In this document: positions 25,984 through 39,822 of the stretch, piece by piece
Layout: each line of letters starts with the position of its first letter
How positions within the stretch are numbered: position 1 is the stretch's first letter
Assembly (NCBI GenBank): GCA_951406725.2
Contig: OX597833.1
Span: 4,030,001-4,094,000 of the forward strand
Direction: 5' to 3'
Origin: Octopus vulgaris
Lineage: Eukaryota
Length of the DNA stretch: 64,000 bases
Notes under the pieces: generated by a model
What the model saw: the letters and a program-made list of their open reading frames with translations, nothing else
What the model was told of the DNA's origin: nothing
The model's database searches: none
Made by a program: the position numbers and the translations under genes

Positions 25984-26069
25984 CAGTGTGGAAGGCACAT
26001 ATCAGCCTTTCAAAAGTGCATAGCAATTGTCAACAATTTCCCTTAGTAATTTATTATATAAAGTGTTAA

Positions 26070-26162
26070 AATTTTCATCACACTATCTGCAACCTGGTCA
26101 CTGACACAGCTCCATTGTAACTCTGTGTCAGTGACCAGGTTGCAGATTGTGTGATGAAAATT
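26070..26162. repeat. Near-perfect palindrome, Penelope-like inverted terminus
   Basis: ATCTGCAACCTGGTCACTGACACAG - 12-nt loop - CTGTGTCAGTGACCAGGTTGCAGAT, with arms extending to TTTTCATCACAC. Confidence 0.8.
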
Positions 26163-26423
26163 TTGACCCCCTTATATAATAAATGACTCAGAGAGAAATT
26201 AACGGCTTTTTATGAATAGTTGATGTATGCCTTCCAGATTGTAATAGCTTTAGTCTCCGACCCAATCACTTGCTTGACAAGTACCGTTCCAATACACACA
26301 CACACACACACATATATATGCACATATATAGATACACACACACACATACATATATATATGTATGTGTGTGTATATATGTATATATATCTGTAAATATAAT
26401 ATGTGGCAATTATTCAGTAGCAA

Positions 26424-26486
26424 CGATAAAACTCTGAGTTTCGGATGTTGGGGCAGAAACCCACGCCGGCATCTCTTCAGTTATCG
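26424..26486 (-). ncRNA. Minimal type I hammerhead ribozyme motif
   Basis: Minus strand reads CGAUAA-CUGAAGA-GAUG..CAUCC-GAAA-CUCAGAG-U-U-UUAUCG: 6-bp stem I, intact core, palindromic stem III. Confidence 0.7.
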
Positions 26487-26753
26487 GGCCATCGAAAAAA
26501 CTCAGAGTTTTATCATGGCTACTGAATAATTATCGCACATTATATTCCTATATTTACAGATAAATTCCTCTATTTACATAATATCGAGGTCTCTTTCATT
26601 CTTTTATTGTCTTGCCACTTCTATCAATATATATATATATACACACATATATATACCCATATATACATATTTATTTAAACCAAGTTATATAATATATATA
26701 TACATACACACATATTTATATACACACATATATACATATTTATATACAAATAC

Positions 26754-26784
<31 letters not shown>

Positions 26785-26957
26785 TACATATATATATCTA
26801 TATATAATACAGTTCAGTGTGTATGTACATTACTACATATATATGTGCATGTGTGTTTGTATGTATGCATGACTGTAGTTCATCATATAATCATTTATAT
26901 GTTTAATCTGTTAGTTAATGTCATTCATTCTTTGTTATCCGCATCATTCTGCTTACA

Positions 26958-26971
26958 TCAATGCTTCTTCA
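26958..26971 (-). CDS. Candidate terminal coding exon of the modular EGF/His-Gly gene, (V)KKH*
   Basis: Strong acceptor cttttatttgtttctattttcag; phase-1 reading gives GTG AAG AAG CAT TGA, with ATTAAA about 50 nt downstream. An alternative stop exon is 28715-28758, (G)NEILIRKIKMVLK*. Confidence 0.5.
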
Positions 26972-27633
26972 CTGAAAATAGAAACAAATAAAAGAATATC
27001 AATGATGGTGGAAGAAAAAGCAAACAATCACAGATTTATATATGTATATATATATATATAGATAGATATATAGAGAGATAGATATATATATATTTATATA
27101 TATATAAAAGTGTGTGTATGAAAATCTAAAATGTAATTATTACAGAGTTGTAATTAATAATTAAGAAAAATTGTATGAAAGCCATAGATTACACATTTAA
27201 TGAAAAATCTGTTCAATGGTTAAATTAAAATTGTGTGATTGAAATAAATACAGTTTGTTGGGAAAAGTAAACAACATTTTGTTTTTAACTCTTTTATATA
27301 AATAAATGACAAATTTATATAAATCTTTTTAGATACAAAATTTTATATCGAAATATTCCAGTACGTTACCCCAATATGCTGTAGAAATAATTCATATAAT
27401 CACACACGTATTCTTACTCATCCACTCGTACACGCTTACACACACGCATAGAATCTTGTAAGTTTGATAGATGCAAACTAAACCACGAGTATATGAATAA
27501 CACACATACAAATGGCAAATAAGAGAAAAACATACATGGTACAGAAACCATCAACAGAATTGGGCATATATGTGTGTATAGGTGTATCTATATAAATATG
27601 TGTGTGTGTCTGTATGTATTTGTGTATGTGTTT

Positions 27634-27689
<56 letters not shown>

Positions 27690-27772
27690 ATGTATATACA
27701 GACATGTATGTTTATAAAATAGCTCTAAGCATCTCGAATTTTCAAGATAAAATAGCTATATTTATTTATTTA

Positions 27773-27857
27773 ATTATTATTATTATTATTATTATTATAA
27801 TTATTATTATCATTATTATTATTATTATAATTATTATTATCATTATTATTATTATTA

Positions 27858-27909
<52 letters not shown>
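27773..27909. repeat. (ATT)n microsatellite
   Basis: Direct observation. Confidence 0.95.
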
Positions 27910-28237
27910 GTTATGTTTCTGAATTTCTGTTGCAAGTTTCCTAATGTGAAGTGTGTTGAAACAGATATATATATATTGCCAAATAAACACACGCACTATA
28001 TATATTTGTTCTTCACTCATTTATTACTGTTTTTATTCTCACCCATTATCTGGAAATCTTTCATCACACATCTGTGACCTCTTCAGCGACACTTCCCTCT
28101 TGACTATTCGTGGGTCAAAGGAGTATCCAACATCAACTATATAGCATATGTGGTGCACCTTGTCCACCACCACTAGGTCCTGTCTGTTATGCTCTAGCAC
28201 CTGATGTTTTTGAATTGGAAAATCCCAGACGATTTTG

Positions 28238-28273
<36 letters not shown>

Positions 28274-30064
28274 ATATGTGTGGGGGTGTATACATATATA
28301 TATCATATATATATGTATTTATGTTTGTAAATATATGTGTGGGGGTGATATATTTATATATATCATATCATATCGTTATATTATATTTATTATATTACAT
28401 TATATTATATTATATTATATTATATTTATTATATTATATTATATTATTTTATATTTGTTTAAATATTCTTTTAAAAAACAAGTTTAGTTCAGATTTAGAA
28501 TTGTACATTTAATATTTTCTTACATATAATTCACAAGTGGCGTTCAATAAATATAGTTTTAATACAATGATAACATTAATCAATGATAAATTAAGAAACT
28601 GTTAATTATTTTGCCAGAAGTCATATATAAAATTCATTAAGATCCATAATTATAAAGAAATGCTAACAGATTCAATGAATTATTTTTCAGTTTTGTTGTT
28701 TTTTTTTATATATGTCATTTAAGCACCATTTTAATTTTGCGTATTAAAATTTCATTACCTGATACAAGAAAAGAAGATTCAATTAGAAATTAGGAGGTAA
28801 ATTTTTAAAAAATATCAGTTTTACATTACACTTTTCCTGTTTTAAAACCTTTTTCAATGAATTTTTTTCTTCCTTTCTTGAATTTTAAACTTAATATAAG
28901 TTATACTTTACTTGCAACTTTTAACAGAGATTTTTTTTTTTAATGTTTAACGCAGTCTGGTAGGTAGATAAAAGATTTCACAGATGTAGAATTTTTTTTC
29001 CGTGTCTTCTTATTGTTCCATATTTATTTTGTAGTTTGTTCACTTTTATTGTCATTTCTCAGAGGAAAATAAAAAAATTTGACAATTTTAGACAAATTAT
29101 ACGATTATTATAAGATTTATGAAAACATTTACAATCTATGAAAATATTTTAGTGTTTTCAAAATTTATTACTGTTAAACAGTTTAGTAAATTGGTATATT
29201 AAACAGAGTAATTAAACATTAATTAGGTAGTATGAATTAGCAATAATGTTTGATGATGTTTAATAAATTTATTAAGATCATTCTAAGATTGTTACAAATA
29301 GTTTAATCTTAATATATATATATTGTGAAGATGACGTTGACAAGGGTTTCAAATTTCCCCTATCAGCTTAATCATGTGAGAGAGAGAGAGAGATCAAGGA
29401 TCCTGGATAACTGTGATGCAAACGACCCAATCATCTGTAACATCATCTGACTGATCAACCAGTACAGTGGATGCGCAGGCCAACCAGACCACAGCAGGAA
29501 AGGGAACAGGAGCTTTGAACCATTCAAAACAACTGAGTTCATTGCCTTCGGATTTTGTGGAGATGCATAGCTTAGTGGTTAGGGTGCTGGACTCGTGATT
29601 GTTAAACCATGGTTTCGATTCCCAGACTGGGCAAAGCATTGTGTTTTTGAGCAAAACGCTTCATTTCACATCGCTCCCATCCATTGAGCTGGCAAAAAAA
29701 ATGAGTAACCCTGTGACAGACCAGCGTCCTGTCCATGGAGGGATATCTATATGCCAGAAAAACCAGGAAACCAGCCCTAGATTCCTTACAGAGTAATGTG
29801 GACAAACCATTGTCAGACTTAATTGTCTTACACACTCTTTTCACTCAACAAGCTTTGAATGCCAGTGAACAGCAATGACGATACCGGTTTGACAATTCAA
29901 TCTCTTTAACAGTTCAAAATAATGAATTTAATTCCTCTTAATTCTACCTCAGTTCATCTAATTGCATTTATTTATTGCTACTTTTCATTAAAAAAAAGCC
30001 ATTATTCTTTAAATATTCAATGTGCATTTTCGCTTTTTCCTTCTTACTTTCTTCATATCTTTTC

Positions 30065-30095
<31 letters not shown>

Positions 30096-30310
30096 CTTTT
30101 ACTCTCTTTTACTTGTTTCAGTCATTTGACTGCGGCCATGCTGGAGCGCCGCCTTTAGTCGAGCAAATCGACCCCGGGACTTATACTTTGTAAGCCCAGT
30201 ACTTATTCTATCGGTCTCTTTTGCCTAACCGCTAAGTGACGGGGACGTAAACACACCAGCATCGGTTGTCAAACGATGCTAGGGGGACAAACACAGACAC
30301 ACAAACACCC

Positions 30311-30360
<50 letters not shown>

Positions 30361-31112
30361 GATGGGCTTCTTTCAGTTTCCGTCGACCAAATCCACTCAC
30401 AAGGCTTTGGTCGGCCCGAGGCTATAGTAGAAGACACTTGCCCAAGGTGCCACGCAGTGGGACTGAACCCGGAACCATGTGGTTGGTAAGCAAGCTACTT
30501 ACCACACAGCCATTCCTGCGCCTATATATATATATATACGTGTGACAGGCGTCAACAGTTTCCATCTCCCAAATTCACTCCTGCAGTAGTAGTGGTGACC
30601 TCAGGTCTATAGCAGAAGACACTTGCCCAAGATGGGATTGAACCTAAAACCACACGGCTGCCAACCGATCTCCTTCACTACAGAGCAATACAAAGCCAAA
30701 AGAGAGTTGCCTCCCTTTACATTTAGCAGATATCAGCCAAATCTACATAAATTCATGTATTTGTTTTCTTGTGATTTGCCTTGCATTTACTTCGCATCGT
30801 CCTGGCCTTACCCACGATCCCTCATACAATATATATATGTTTGTTTGGGTTTTCGATGTCAATTTGTATATAAAAATAATTCAACATTAAACTCAATATT
30901 ACGGAGATGTACTTGCATAGCAAGTGATCTGATCTGAGATTGTGTGCTGGAACGAAAACAATTGCAGCGTGGAAGGTGTTTGTAAGCCATTTAAGAAACA
31001 CACAAAAGCCGTTCGATTCACTTCAACATTTAAGTTTAATTTGTGAAAATATTTTCGTCGCTTTAAGACCGCGACCTCTTCACTGACAAAAATCAGGGAT
31101 GCATCAACTTAA

Positions 31113-31508
31113 TCTTTATATATAAAAGTGAAGTTGTGTGTCTGTCTCCTACGATTTAGATTCCTAACTACTCCCACATTTTGCGGTGCAGTTTAACCAA
31201 AACTGGGTATCTTATAGTCGTAATTCATATCGAGCCCTTCTGGGTATTAGCGCGCGTCTACGAAGAGTCTACGATTTAAAAAAAAAATTACCATCATTTT
31301 TTCCATTTGAATGCATTTTTTTCGCTATTATATAAGGGAAGTAACTCTCTAAAAATGTCTACGATGAGTCAACGATTTAAAAAAAATTTACCATCATTTT
31401 TTTCCATTTTTAATGCATTTTTTTGCTATTTTTTGGCTATAACTCTCTAAAAATGCTTATATAGTTATTTCCCTTACAAACCCGAGCAATGCCGGGCGAT
31501 ACTGCTAG
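31113..31508 (+). mobile_element. Non-autonomous Helitron
   Basis: A|TC start, subterminal hairpin CCCGAGCAATGCCGGG, CTAG|T end, no TSD. Confidence 0.85.
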
Positions 31509-31794
31509 TATTCTATAGAAGAATACAAATGTATTAATTTTTGCAAGAAGCAAACCAAAACTTCAAAGTCCCTGTCAACCTTTTCCTCATCAACATATAT
31601 ATGTATACACTTGTTTTTAAAGAAAGTTAAGCTTTTAATCTCGGTCTTTATCCTAGCCACTGCTTTAATGAAATCTAAGCTGTTGCTTTAATTAATGATT
31701 GTTCATTTGTATTGCAAGAAGAGAATCATTATTATTTTAGTTTTACATAAGTGATGTTACGTTTGAGTTTGGTGGAATAAAATATGGCATTTAA

Positions 31795-32015
31795 CCCTTT
31801 AGCATTTAAACTGGCCATATCCGGCCAAAAGTATTCTGCCTGTTTTATGTTCAAACTGGCCAGATCTGGTCTCTCACACCAACCCTACAATGTCATTTTA
31901 AAAATTAACAGCTACCTCATCAAAATCTCATAGCTACAAGATAATACATGATTAGCTCAAAACAATGTGGATAAAGAAGGATTAATTTTAGCAGAATAAT
32001 GCGAACACTAAAGGG
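31795..32015. mobile_element. piggyBac-type MITE
   Basis: TTAA|CCCTTTAG ... CTAAAGGG|TTAA. Similar TTAA-flanked elements at ~11980-13050 (interrupted) and ~37848-38064. Confidence 0.8.
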
Positions 32016-32121
32016 TTAATCTTTATGCATTTTACTTAATTTAACTTTTTACTTTTTTGTTTTATTGAAGGAGAATATATAAACAAAGAAAAGAGAGGGA
32101 GAAAAGGAGTCTATACGTTAC

Positions 32122-32283
32122 CAATGTCACAACATTTTGTGCCATAATAACCGGTCGCGCAACCCTGCTCACAGTAGCCATTATAAGGATTACAGTAACC
32201 ATAGAGACAATGACCACATTTAAAACAGTTTCCATGATCCCTGTAATATCCGTGCTGACAATGTCCCAAGCTGTATTGATAAT
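32122..32283 (-). CDS. Modular gene exon 17: Tyr-rich EGF-like module, 9 Cys
   Basis: 162 nt, phase 1-1, cttccag/GTAACG. (D)YQYSLGHCQHGYYRDHGNCFKCGHCLYGYCNPYNGYCEQGCATGYYGTKCCDI. Confidence 0.9.
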
Positions 32284-32662
32284 CTGGAAGAAAGAGAAGA
32301 TATCAGAATCTGTCTGTGTATCGCAAATCTGGTTGATATTGTGTGATATCATTTGATAACAGTTTAGCTACCATATTTAATGATATACAAGACATACTTT
32401 TGCCCTCCAAAAATTTTCCCAAAATTTATCCTGGGTTCCATGTGTGAAGATGTGCCTATATTGCATACTCTTTACTCTTTTACTTGTTTCAGTCATTTGA
32501 CTGCGGCCATGCTGGAGCACCGCCTTTAGTCGAGCAAATCGACCCCGGGACTTATTCTTTTGTAAGCCCAGTACTTATTCTATCGGTCTCTTTTGCCGAA
32601 CTGCTAAGTGACGGGGACGTAAACACACCAGCATCGGTTGTCAGGCAATGCTAGGGGGACAA

Positions 32663-32695
<33 letters not shown>

Positions 32696-33109
32696 CATAT
32701 ATATGACAGGCTTCTTTTAGTTTCCGTCTACCAAATCCACTCACAAGGCTTTGGTCAGCCCGGGGCTATAGCAGAAGACACTTGCCCAAGATGCCATGCA
32801 GTGGGACTGAACCCGGAACCATGTGGTTGGTTAGCAAGCTACTTACCACACAGCCACTCCTGCGCCTACATTAATGCAGTAAACACTTTTATCTCTGAAT
32901 GTGTGCAGCTGAAATTGCAGTGCATCTAATGAACCCATGCATCTAAAATGCCATCATACACAGCAAATTAATGATGCCATCTCCGATTTGCCAAAATTTC
33001 TTCTGTATTCTTGGACTGAGAAGGAAAACTAAGAGGCAAAATACATTGCTTATACTTAATGAATAGTAATTTATTTTAGCCCTTGAGCCCTGTGCTAGTA
33101 GGGTATTAA

Positions 33110-33590
33110 GTTAGTTAGTTAATTTTTTGGCTCAAAAAGCAAAAAGCAAGGCCATGTAGGGGGACATGGAGTTATGTACAGGGTGGTGTTCATGTAAAGA
33201 GTTCAGGCCACTTGTGGTCAAGGGAGACTTTGAACCAAGCGGTCGTCGGCATCTTCACCATCTCGTCCGGCAGCTTATTCCACGGATCCGCAACCCGGAC
33301 AGAGAAAGCCCCTCTCCTTCGATTGAGATGAAATCATCGCAGATTGAGCTTTTCGGAATGACCCCGTAGCCGACGCTCTGGAGCAGGACTGAAGAACAGC
33401 TCTTTCGAGAGGTTACACTTTCCACTTATGATGTTGTGAGCAAGAATGAGATCACCACGGCGTCGTCGTTTTTCTAGAGAATAAAGGTCGAGCATCTTCA
33501 GCCTTTCTTCATAAGACAAATTCTTGAGACCAAGAACCATGCGGGTAGCCAGCTTCTGGACTCTTTCGAGATGCTGTATGTCTTTGAGGA
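33110..33590 (-). mobile_element. CR1/L2-group LINE 3' fragment
   Basis: KDIQHLERVQKLATRMV..LSYEERLKMLDLYSLEKRRRRGDLI..RLRGHSEKL, with a (TAAC)n tail. Confidence 0.9.
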
Positions 33591-33938
33591 GCACCATCCG
33601 AGCATGATTGTTGCTAGAGCAGCTATCTGGCCTCTGTGCTGGTGGCATGTAAGACACCATTCGAGCGTGATCGTTACCAGCATCGCCTTACTGGCACCTG
33701 TGCCGGTGGCATGTGTAAAAGATTCGTGCAAGGTCGTTGCCAGTACCGCCTGACTGGCCCCATGCCGGTGACATGTAAAAAGCACCCATTACATTCTCGG
33801 GGTGGTTGGCGTTAAGAAGGGCATCCAGCTGTAGAAACTCTGCCACATCAAGATTGAAGCCTGGTGCAGCCATCTGGTTTGCCAGCCCTCAGTGAAAATC
33901 GTCCAACCCATGCTAGCATGGAAAGCGGACGTTAAATG

Positions 33939-33971
<33 letters not shown>

Positions 33972-34850
33972 ATAATATTTATGTGTTGAAAAACCTGAAC
34001 TTGGTGTCAATTAATTTTGGAAATAAAGAACTTAGTAAAATAACTTTATTATTATTAAGCAATTATATGGAACATAAATTAGTATGAAATTTTCTTGAAA
34101 GGTTTTAATTTAGCTCAATTTAAAACAGGAAATTGTGTTATGGAATCAAGGGTAAACTCAAGATGGTTGCTTTCAAATTAATTGGTTAAAGGATCAGTGC
34201 CTGGAGGAAATTAGCCAATGTTTCTGAGGAATTTGGTAAAACCATAACAATAACAACAATATTTTATTTATTTATTTTTCATGGCTCTGTCAAAGAAAGA
34301 AGGATTGTGCTTAAGATATTTTATCAGAACCTCCAAAACTGATGGATGGAGGGAAGAAATTATCTACAGATCAGAAAGAAGACCTGCTCTGGATGCCTGC
34401 AACAGAGAGGGCTCAACTGAATATACCTAAGGGTGTTAAACCTGGCAACAAATTAGGTATAACTCATAAAATTACATATAAATACAGACAAGAATATATA
34501 AACTATATATATTGTGATCAACCAAACTTCACATGACGCAGTGCCAAACCCTCAATATAACAAATATAGAGGTAATCTATGATTTATTTTTCCAATTATA
34601 GAATCTAGTTAATATTATTCATAGTTTCACAAATCATTCAAAGAAACTGAGTTCGTATTTGACCCTTCATCTGGTTTAAAATCAACACCAGGTTCTTGAG
34701 TAAATTTAGTAGAATTCACCCAGTCACAAGAATACAAGCCAGGTCTAGTTTGAGGAGATGTGCACAGCTAAAGACCAAGTATTCAGTAAAATGAAATTAT
34801 AACAATAAAAAATTAGTAAAACAGAACAAAAAGTAATATTATATAAATAC

Positions 34851-35009
34851 CATTGTCTTGACATCTTCTACCATAATAACCAGTTATGCAGCCATCTACA
34901 CAGTAACCTGTGTAAGGGTCACACAGATTATAGAGACAGGGACCACATTTCTTACATTTTCCATGGTATTTGTAGTATCCTGGGTAGCAAGGGTTTGTGT
35001 CATAATATC
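34851..35009 (-). CDS. Modular gene exon 16: Tyr-rich EGF-like module
   Basis: 159 nt, phase 1-1. (G)YYDTNPCYPGYYKYHGKCKKCGPCLYNLCDPYTGYCVDGCITGYYGRRCQDN. Confidence 0.9.
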
Positions 35010-36411
35010 CTGTAATTAAATTTTATATAATTTAATATCAGTCAATGATATCCAGACATCAGTGAAATAAGAATTGATATAGTTATGCATTTCGATTTTG
35101 GATTTGGTTTGCAAGATTCTTTATATGAGTTTGTGTGTTGAAGCATGTTCTGTTGTGTCTGAGGAGAGTCATTCTCTTTTAGTGCCTTATAATAGTCTTG
35201 ACTATTTCAAGAGTCAAAACTATTGAAAAGGTTGCAAGACGCAACAAAAATTTTAGGAAAATAAAAATAAGAAAAAAGTGGAAATTTTACCAGTGAGTGT
35301 GTTAAATTATAAGGCACAAAAAGAAAATGACTCTCCCCAGACACAACAGGACATAATTAATTGCTATAAGCAATTGCTATGGAAACGAGCAACAGATCTG
35401 TAGGCTTATTGTCCCATCTTCAGTTATTCATACAGGAAAGATGTCTACAGCTGTAGGTTTGTGTCACATTCTACAGGAACATTTAATTCTTAATAATCTA
35501 GATATGTTTCTGTTACAGAATGGAAATGAATGAATACTAGAAGGGATTGTTGTTATCTCCCTTTACATTAGAGAGTCCCTCATTGCTTTTACAATGAATG
35601 TAAACAAGGTTGTTATGATTGTAGTGATGTTGTGTGTTTCAGCACTGAGGGATTGATTTAGTGTCATGTGATACTGTATCTTACAGGAAATTGAAAGTTA
35701 ATTCCATGTAAACCCAGAAATAACATCTGCTCCCTTGTATATAAAATATAGGGATATAGGCGCAGGAGTGGCTGTGTGGTAAGTAGCTTGCTAACCAACC
35801 ACATGGTTCCAGGTTCAATCCCACTGCATGGCATCATGTGCAAATGTCTTCTGCTATAGCCCTGGGCCGACCAATGCTTTGTGAGTGGATTTGGTAGATG
35901 GAAACTGAAAGAAGCCTGTCGTATATATGTATATATATATGTATATGTATATATATATGTGTGTGTGTGTTTGTGTGAGTGTGTTTGTCTCCCCTAGCAT
36001 TGCTTGACAACCGATGCTTGTGTGTTTACGTCCCCGTCACTTAGCGATTCGGCAAAAGAGACCGATAGTATAAGTACTGGGCTTACAAAAGAATAAGTCC
36101 CGAGGTCGAGTTGCTCGACTAAAGGCCGTGCTCCAGCATGGCCGCAGTCAAATGACTGAAACAAGTAAAAGAGTAAAAGAGTAAGAGTATAGGGTGTTAA
36201 ACCCTCACCCACTAAATGCTTTGTACAACCACAGTTAACAACTGGTCCCTTGTATACAGAAAATAAACAGTGCAAAGCCATTGCCTATTTAGTCCTATGT
36301 AAATTCAGGAATAATAACCACTCCCTTTTATGAGGTATGAAGCCATCAATTACTTAATATTTTGTAAATCCAGAGATAATAACTGGTCCCTTTTATGTAG
36401 GGTATCTATAT

Positions 36412-37006
36412 ATTTCTTTACTACCCACAAGGGGCTAAGCATAGAGGGGACAAACAAGGACAGACAAACGGATTAAGTCGATTACATCGACCCCAGTGCA
36501 TAACTGGTACTTAATTTATCGACCCTGAAAGGATGAAAGGCAAAGTCGACCTCAGTGGAATTTGAACTCAAAACGTAGCGGCAGATGAAATACCTATTTC
36601 TTTACTACCCACAAGGGGCTAAACACAGAGGGGACAAACAAGGACAGACAAACGGATTAAGTCGATTACATCGACCCCAGTGCATAACTGGTACTTAATT
36701 TATCGACCCTGAAAGGATGAAAGGCAAAGTCGACCTCAGCAGAATTTGAACTCAGAACGTAATGACAGACGAAATACCTATTTCTTTACTACCCACAAGG
36801 GGCTAAACACGGAGGGGACAAACAAGGACAGACAAACGGATTAAGTCGATTACATCGACCCCAGTGCGTAACTGGTACTTAATTTATCGACCTCGAAAGG
36901 ATGAAAGGCAAAGTGGACCTCGGCGGAATTTGAACTCAGAACGTAACGACAGACAAAATACCACAAAGCATTTCGCCCGGCACGCTAACATTTCTGCCAG
37001 CTCACC
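36412..37006 (-). mobile_element. SINE with its ~184-bp body triplicated in tandem
   Basis: Three head-to-tail ATTTCTTTACTACCCACAAGGGGCTAA...GAATTTGAACTCAGAACG units with a single head. Family also at ~15005, 52090, 55940, 60438, 61818. Confidence 0.85.
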
Positions 37007-37057
37007 ACCAATGTAGAGTATATATATGTGGCATTGAGGTAAAAATCTATACTGTAC

Positions 37058-37216
37058 CTATATTATAACATCTTGAGCCATGGTAGCCATTTTCACAACC
37101 TCCTTTACAATAGCCATTGTAAGAATTACAGTAACCATGGAGACAGTAACCACATTTCCTACATTTTCCTTGGTACCTGTAGAATCCTAGGTGGCATTTA
37201 TGTTTTCCGTAATAAT
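37058..37216 (-). CDS. Modular gene exon 15: Tyr-rich EGF-like module
   Basis: 159 nt, phase 1-1. (D)YYGKHKCHLGFYRYQGKCRKCGYCLHGYCNSYNGYCKGGCENGYHGSRCYNI. Confidence 0.9.
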
Positions 37217-37308
37217 CTGTAAAATATTTCAAGACAATAAATGTACTTTGATGGGCAAAATGTGGAGAGATATACTGTGGTCAAATTGTAAATGTATAAC
37301 AAGAGATG

Positions 37309-37358
<50 letters not shown>

Positions 37359-38136
37359 TACTACTCATGTATTCTAATTTAACTTAAAAAAAAAATGAAC
37401 GAACTAGTGAGTTTAGTTTAATGGCCTACCAATGTATACTATGAGTTTCTTTGCCCTAGGAGTCGGGAAGACACTCAGCAAGAAATGGAAGCAAATTTGA
37501 AAGAAGAAAAAAAGATAGCAACAATAATAATAATAATAATAATAATAATAATTATAATAATAATAATAATAATGGTAATAATAATAATCTTTTCTACTAT
37601 AAGCTCAAGGCCTGGCTTTTGTAGCAAGGGGACCAGTCGATCACATCGACCCCAGTATTCAACTGGTACTTAATTTATCAACCCACAAAGGATGAAAGAC
37701 AATGTCAACGTCATCAGAATTTCAACATGGAATGTAATTAATCTCAGAAAATTCTAAATCAACAGACAATTTTATTTCAATAAAATTCAAATCTTTCTAT
37801 CATTTCATTTTACATTTTTAACTATTTAGAAAAAAAAATTTATTTGTTTAATCCTTTTTATACCAACCCATCTCAGATTACCCCTGATTCTATCATACCA
37901 AGTTCCTGTTTTAAAGCGATCTAAATTTAAACCGTTCATTAAAATTTCAAGTCCAAAATTCAGTTTAATTATGATCATGTTTTTTTGCTAAATTCTTCAT
38001 TATTTTAAAAGTTAATTGACAAAAAGACCGTATACTTCAAATGAATATGCTAATGAAAAGGTTAAACAGTTTTGAGACAGGAAACAGTTAAAGGCCCTGA
38101 ATAAGGGGATCAAACACTTAATAAAATATTACCTAC

Positions 38137-38694
38137 CTTTATAATTGCATCTCAGTCCATAATAATTTTTGGCACAACCATCGATACAGTAGCCATTGTA
38201 AGGGTAGCAGCTTCCGTGGAGGCAGTGACCGCATTTCTGACAGTTTTTACCATGTTTGTAATGTCCAGCTTGGCAACCGGTATAACCTTGTCCATAGCCG
38301 TGACCGTGGCTAATACCATATTGAGGACCAAAACCATAACCGTGACCATGACCATGACCATGTCCGTAACCATGACCATGACCATGTCCGTGACCATGAC
38401 CATGTCCGTGACCATGACCATGTCCGTGACCATGATGGTGGCCATAGCCTAATCGGCGACCATAGCGTAATCGGCGACCATAGCGTAATCGGCGACCATA
38501 ACCAAATCCATGGCCATAACCATGATGGTGGCCAAAACTAAATCGATGGCCATAACCATGACGACGACGATAACCATGATGATGACCATAACCATGACGA
38601 CGACCATAACCAATGCGATGACCATATGGACCACCATATCGAATTCCATGATGATAACCAGGGCCATAATCACCATAACCATATCCATAAGGAG
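38137..38694 (-). CDS. Modular gene exon 14: Gly/His/Tyr/Arg-rich block plus EGF-like module
   Basis: 558 nt, ttgcag/GTAGGT, phase 1-1; this frame is absent from the ORF track. (A)PYGYGYGDYGPGYHHGIRYGG..YGRRLRYGRRLRYGRRLGYGHHH(GH)n..GCQAGHYKHGKNCQKCGHCLHGSCYPYNGYCIDGCAKNYYGLRCNYK. Confidence 0.9.
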
Positions 38695-39822
38695 CTGCAA
38701 ATAAATTCAGACAATAGAATCAGATATTATTATTGTGGGGTGTCATAAACAAATTATGACGCTATAAAAATTCTCCCTACGACACTCTTGCTACCTTTAC
38801 CAATACCTACTGGTCATCTCTCAGTCTCTCACCCTTCCCCTATTTACTGTATCATCATCATCATAATTATCATTAATAACCCTACTCTCTCTTCTATTTA
38901 CCCTCTTGTACTTTGAGGGTACACTCTGACACCATATTTATCTCAGTTCCAGCTTTGTCCTAACTGCTTCCGTCCACCCTTACATTAATGTGAGGTAGCG
39001 ATGTATTTCCCCGACAGCAACAAACCTTTCTTTCTTTCATTTCCAATACCAAGCATAAGACCACCTTCATCATCATCATCATCATCATCATCATCGTCGT
39101 TTAACGTCCGTTTTCCTGCGCTAGCATGGGTTGGACGGTCCGACCGGGGATCTGGGAAACCAGAAGGCTGCACCAGGCTCCAGTCTGATCTGGCAGTGTT
39201 TCTACAGCTGGATGCCCTTCCTAACACCAACCACTCCGCGAGTATAGTGGGTGCTTTTTACGTGCCACCTGCACAGCTGCCAGGGGGGTCTGGCATCGGC
39301 CACGATCGGTTGGTGCTTTTAACTTGCCACCGGCACGGAAGCCAGCCAAGGCGGCGCTGGCATCGGCCACGTTCGGATGGTGCTTTTTATTCCTCTCTAC
39401 TATACTCTCATTCATGTGAGAAGACTCTTTGAGTCTTGTGAATTTCAGGACAACCTCACTAGTGCTGGTGCCATGAAAAACCATACCAAAACAAACATTG
39501 GAACATGGTGCAGTCCTCTTACTCATCAGTTCCTATCGAGCTGTCCAATCCATGCCAACAGGAGAGATAGGCACTAAATGATGATGATGATGATGATTAT
39601 GACAATCTATTCAGTACCTTGGGCTAGTGTCTTCCACTGTAGCCTTAGGCTGACCAAAGGCTTGTGAGTAGACTTGGTAGCTGGAAACTGAAAGAAGCCC
39701 ATTGTGTGTGTGTTTGTCCTCTCCACCTCCGCTTGACAACCGATGTTGATCCATTTACATCCCTGTAACTTAGCAGTTTAGCAAACGAGATTGATAGAAT
39801 AAGTACTAGGCTTATATATATA

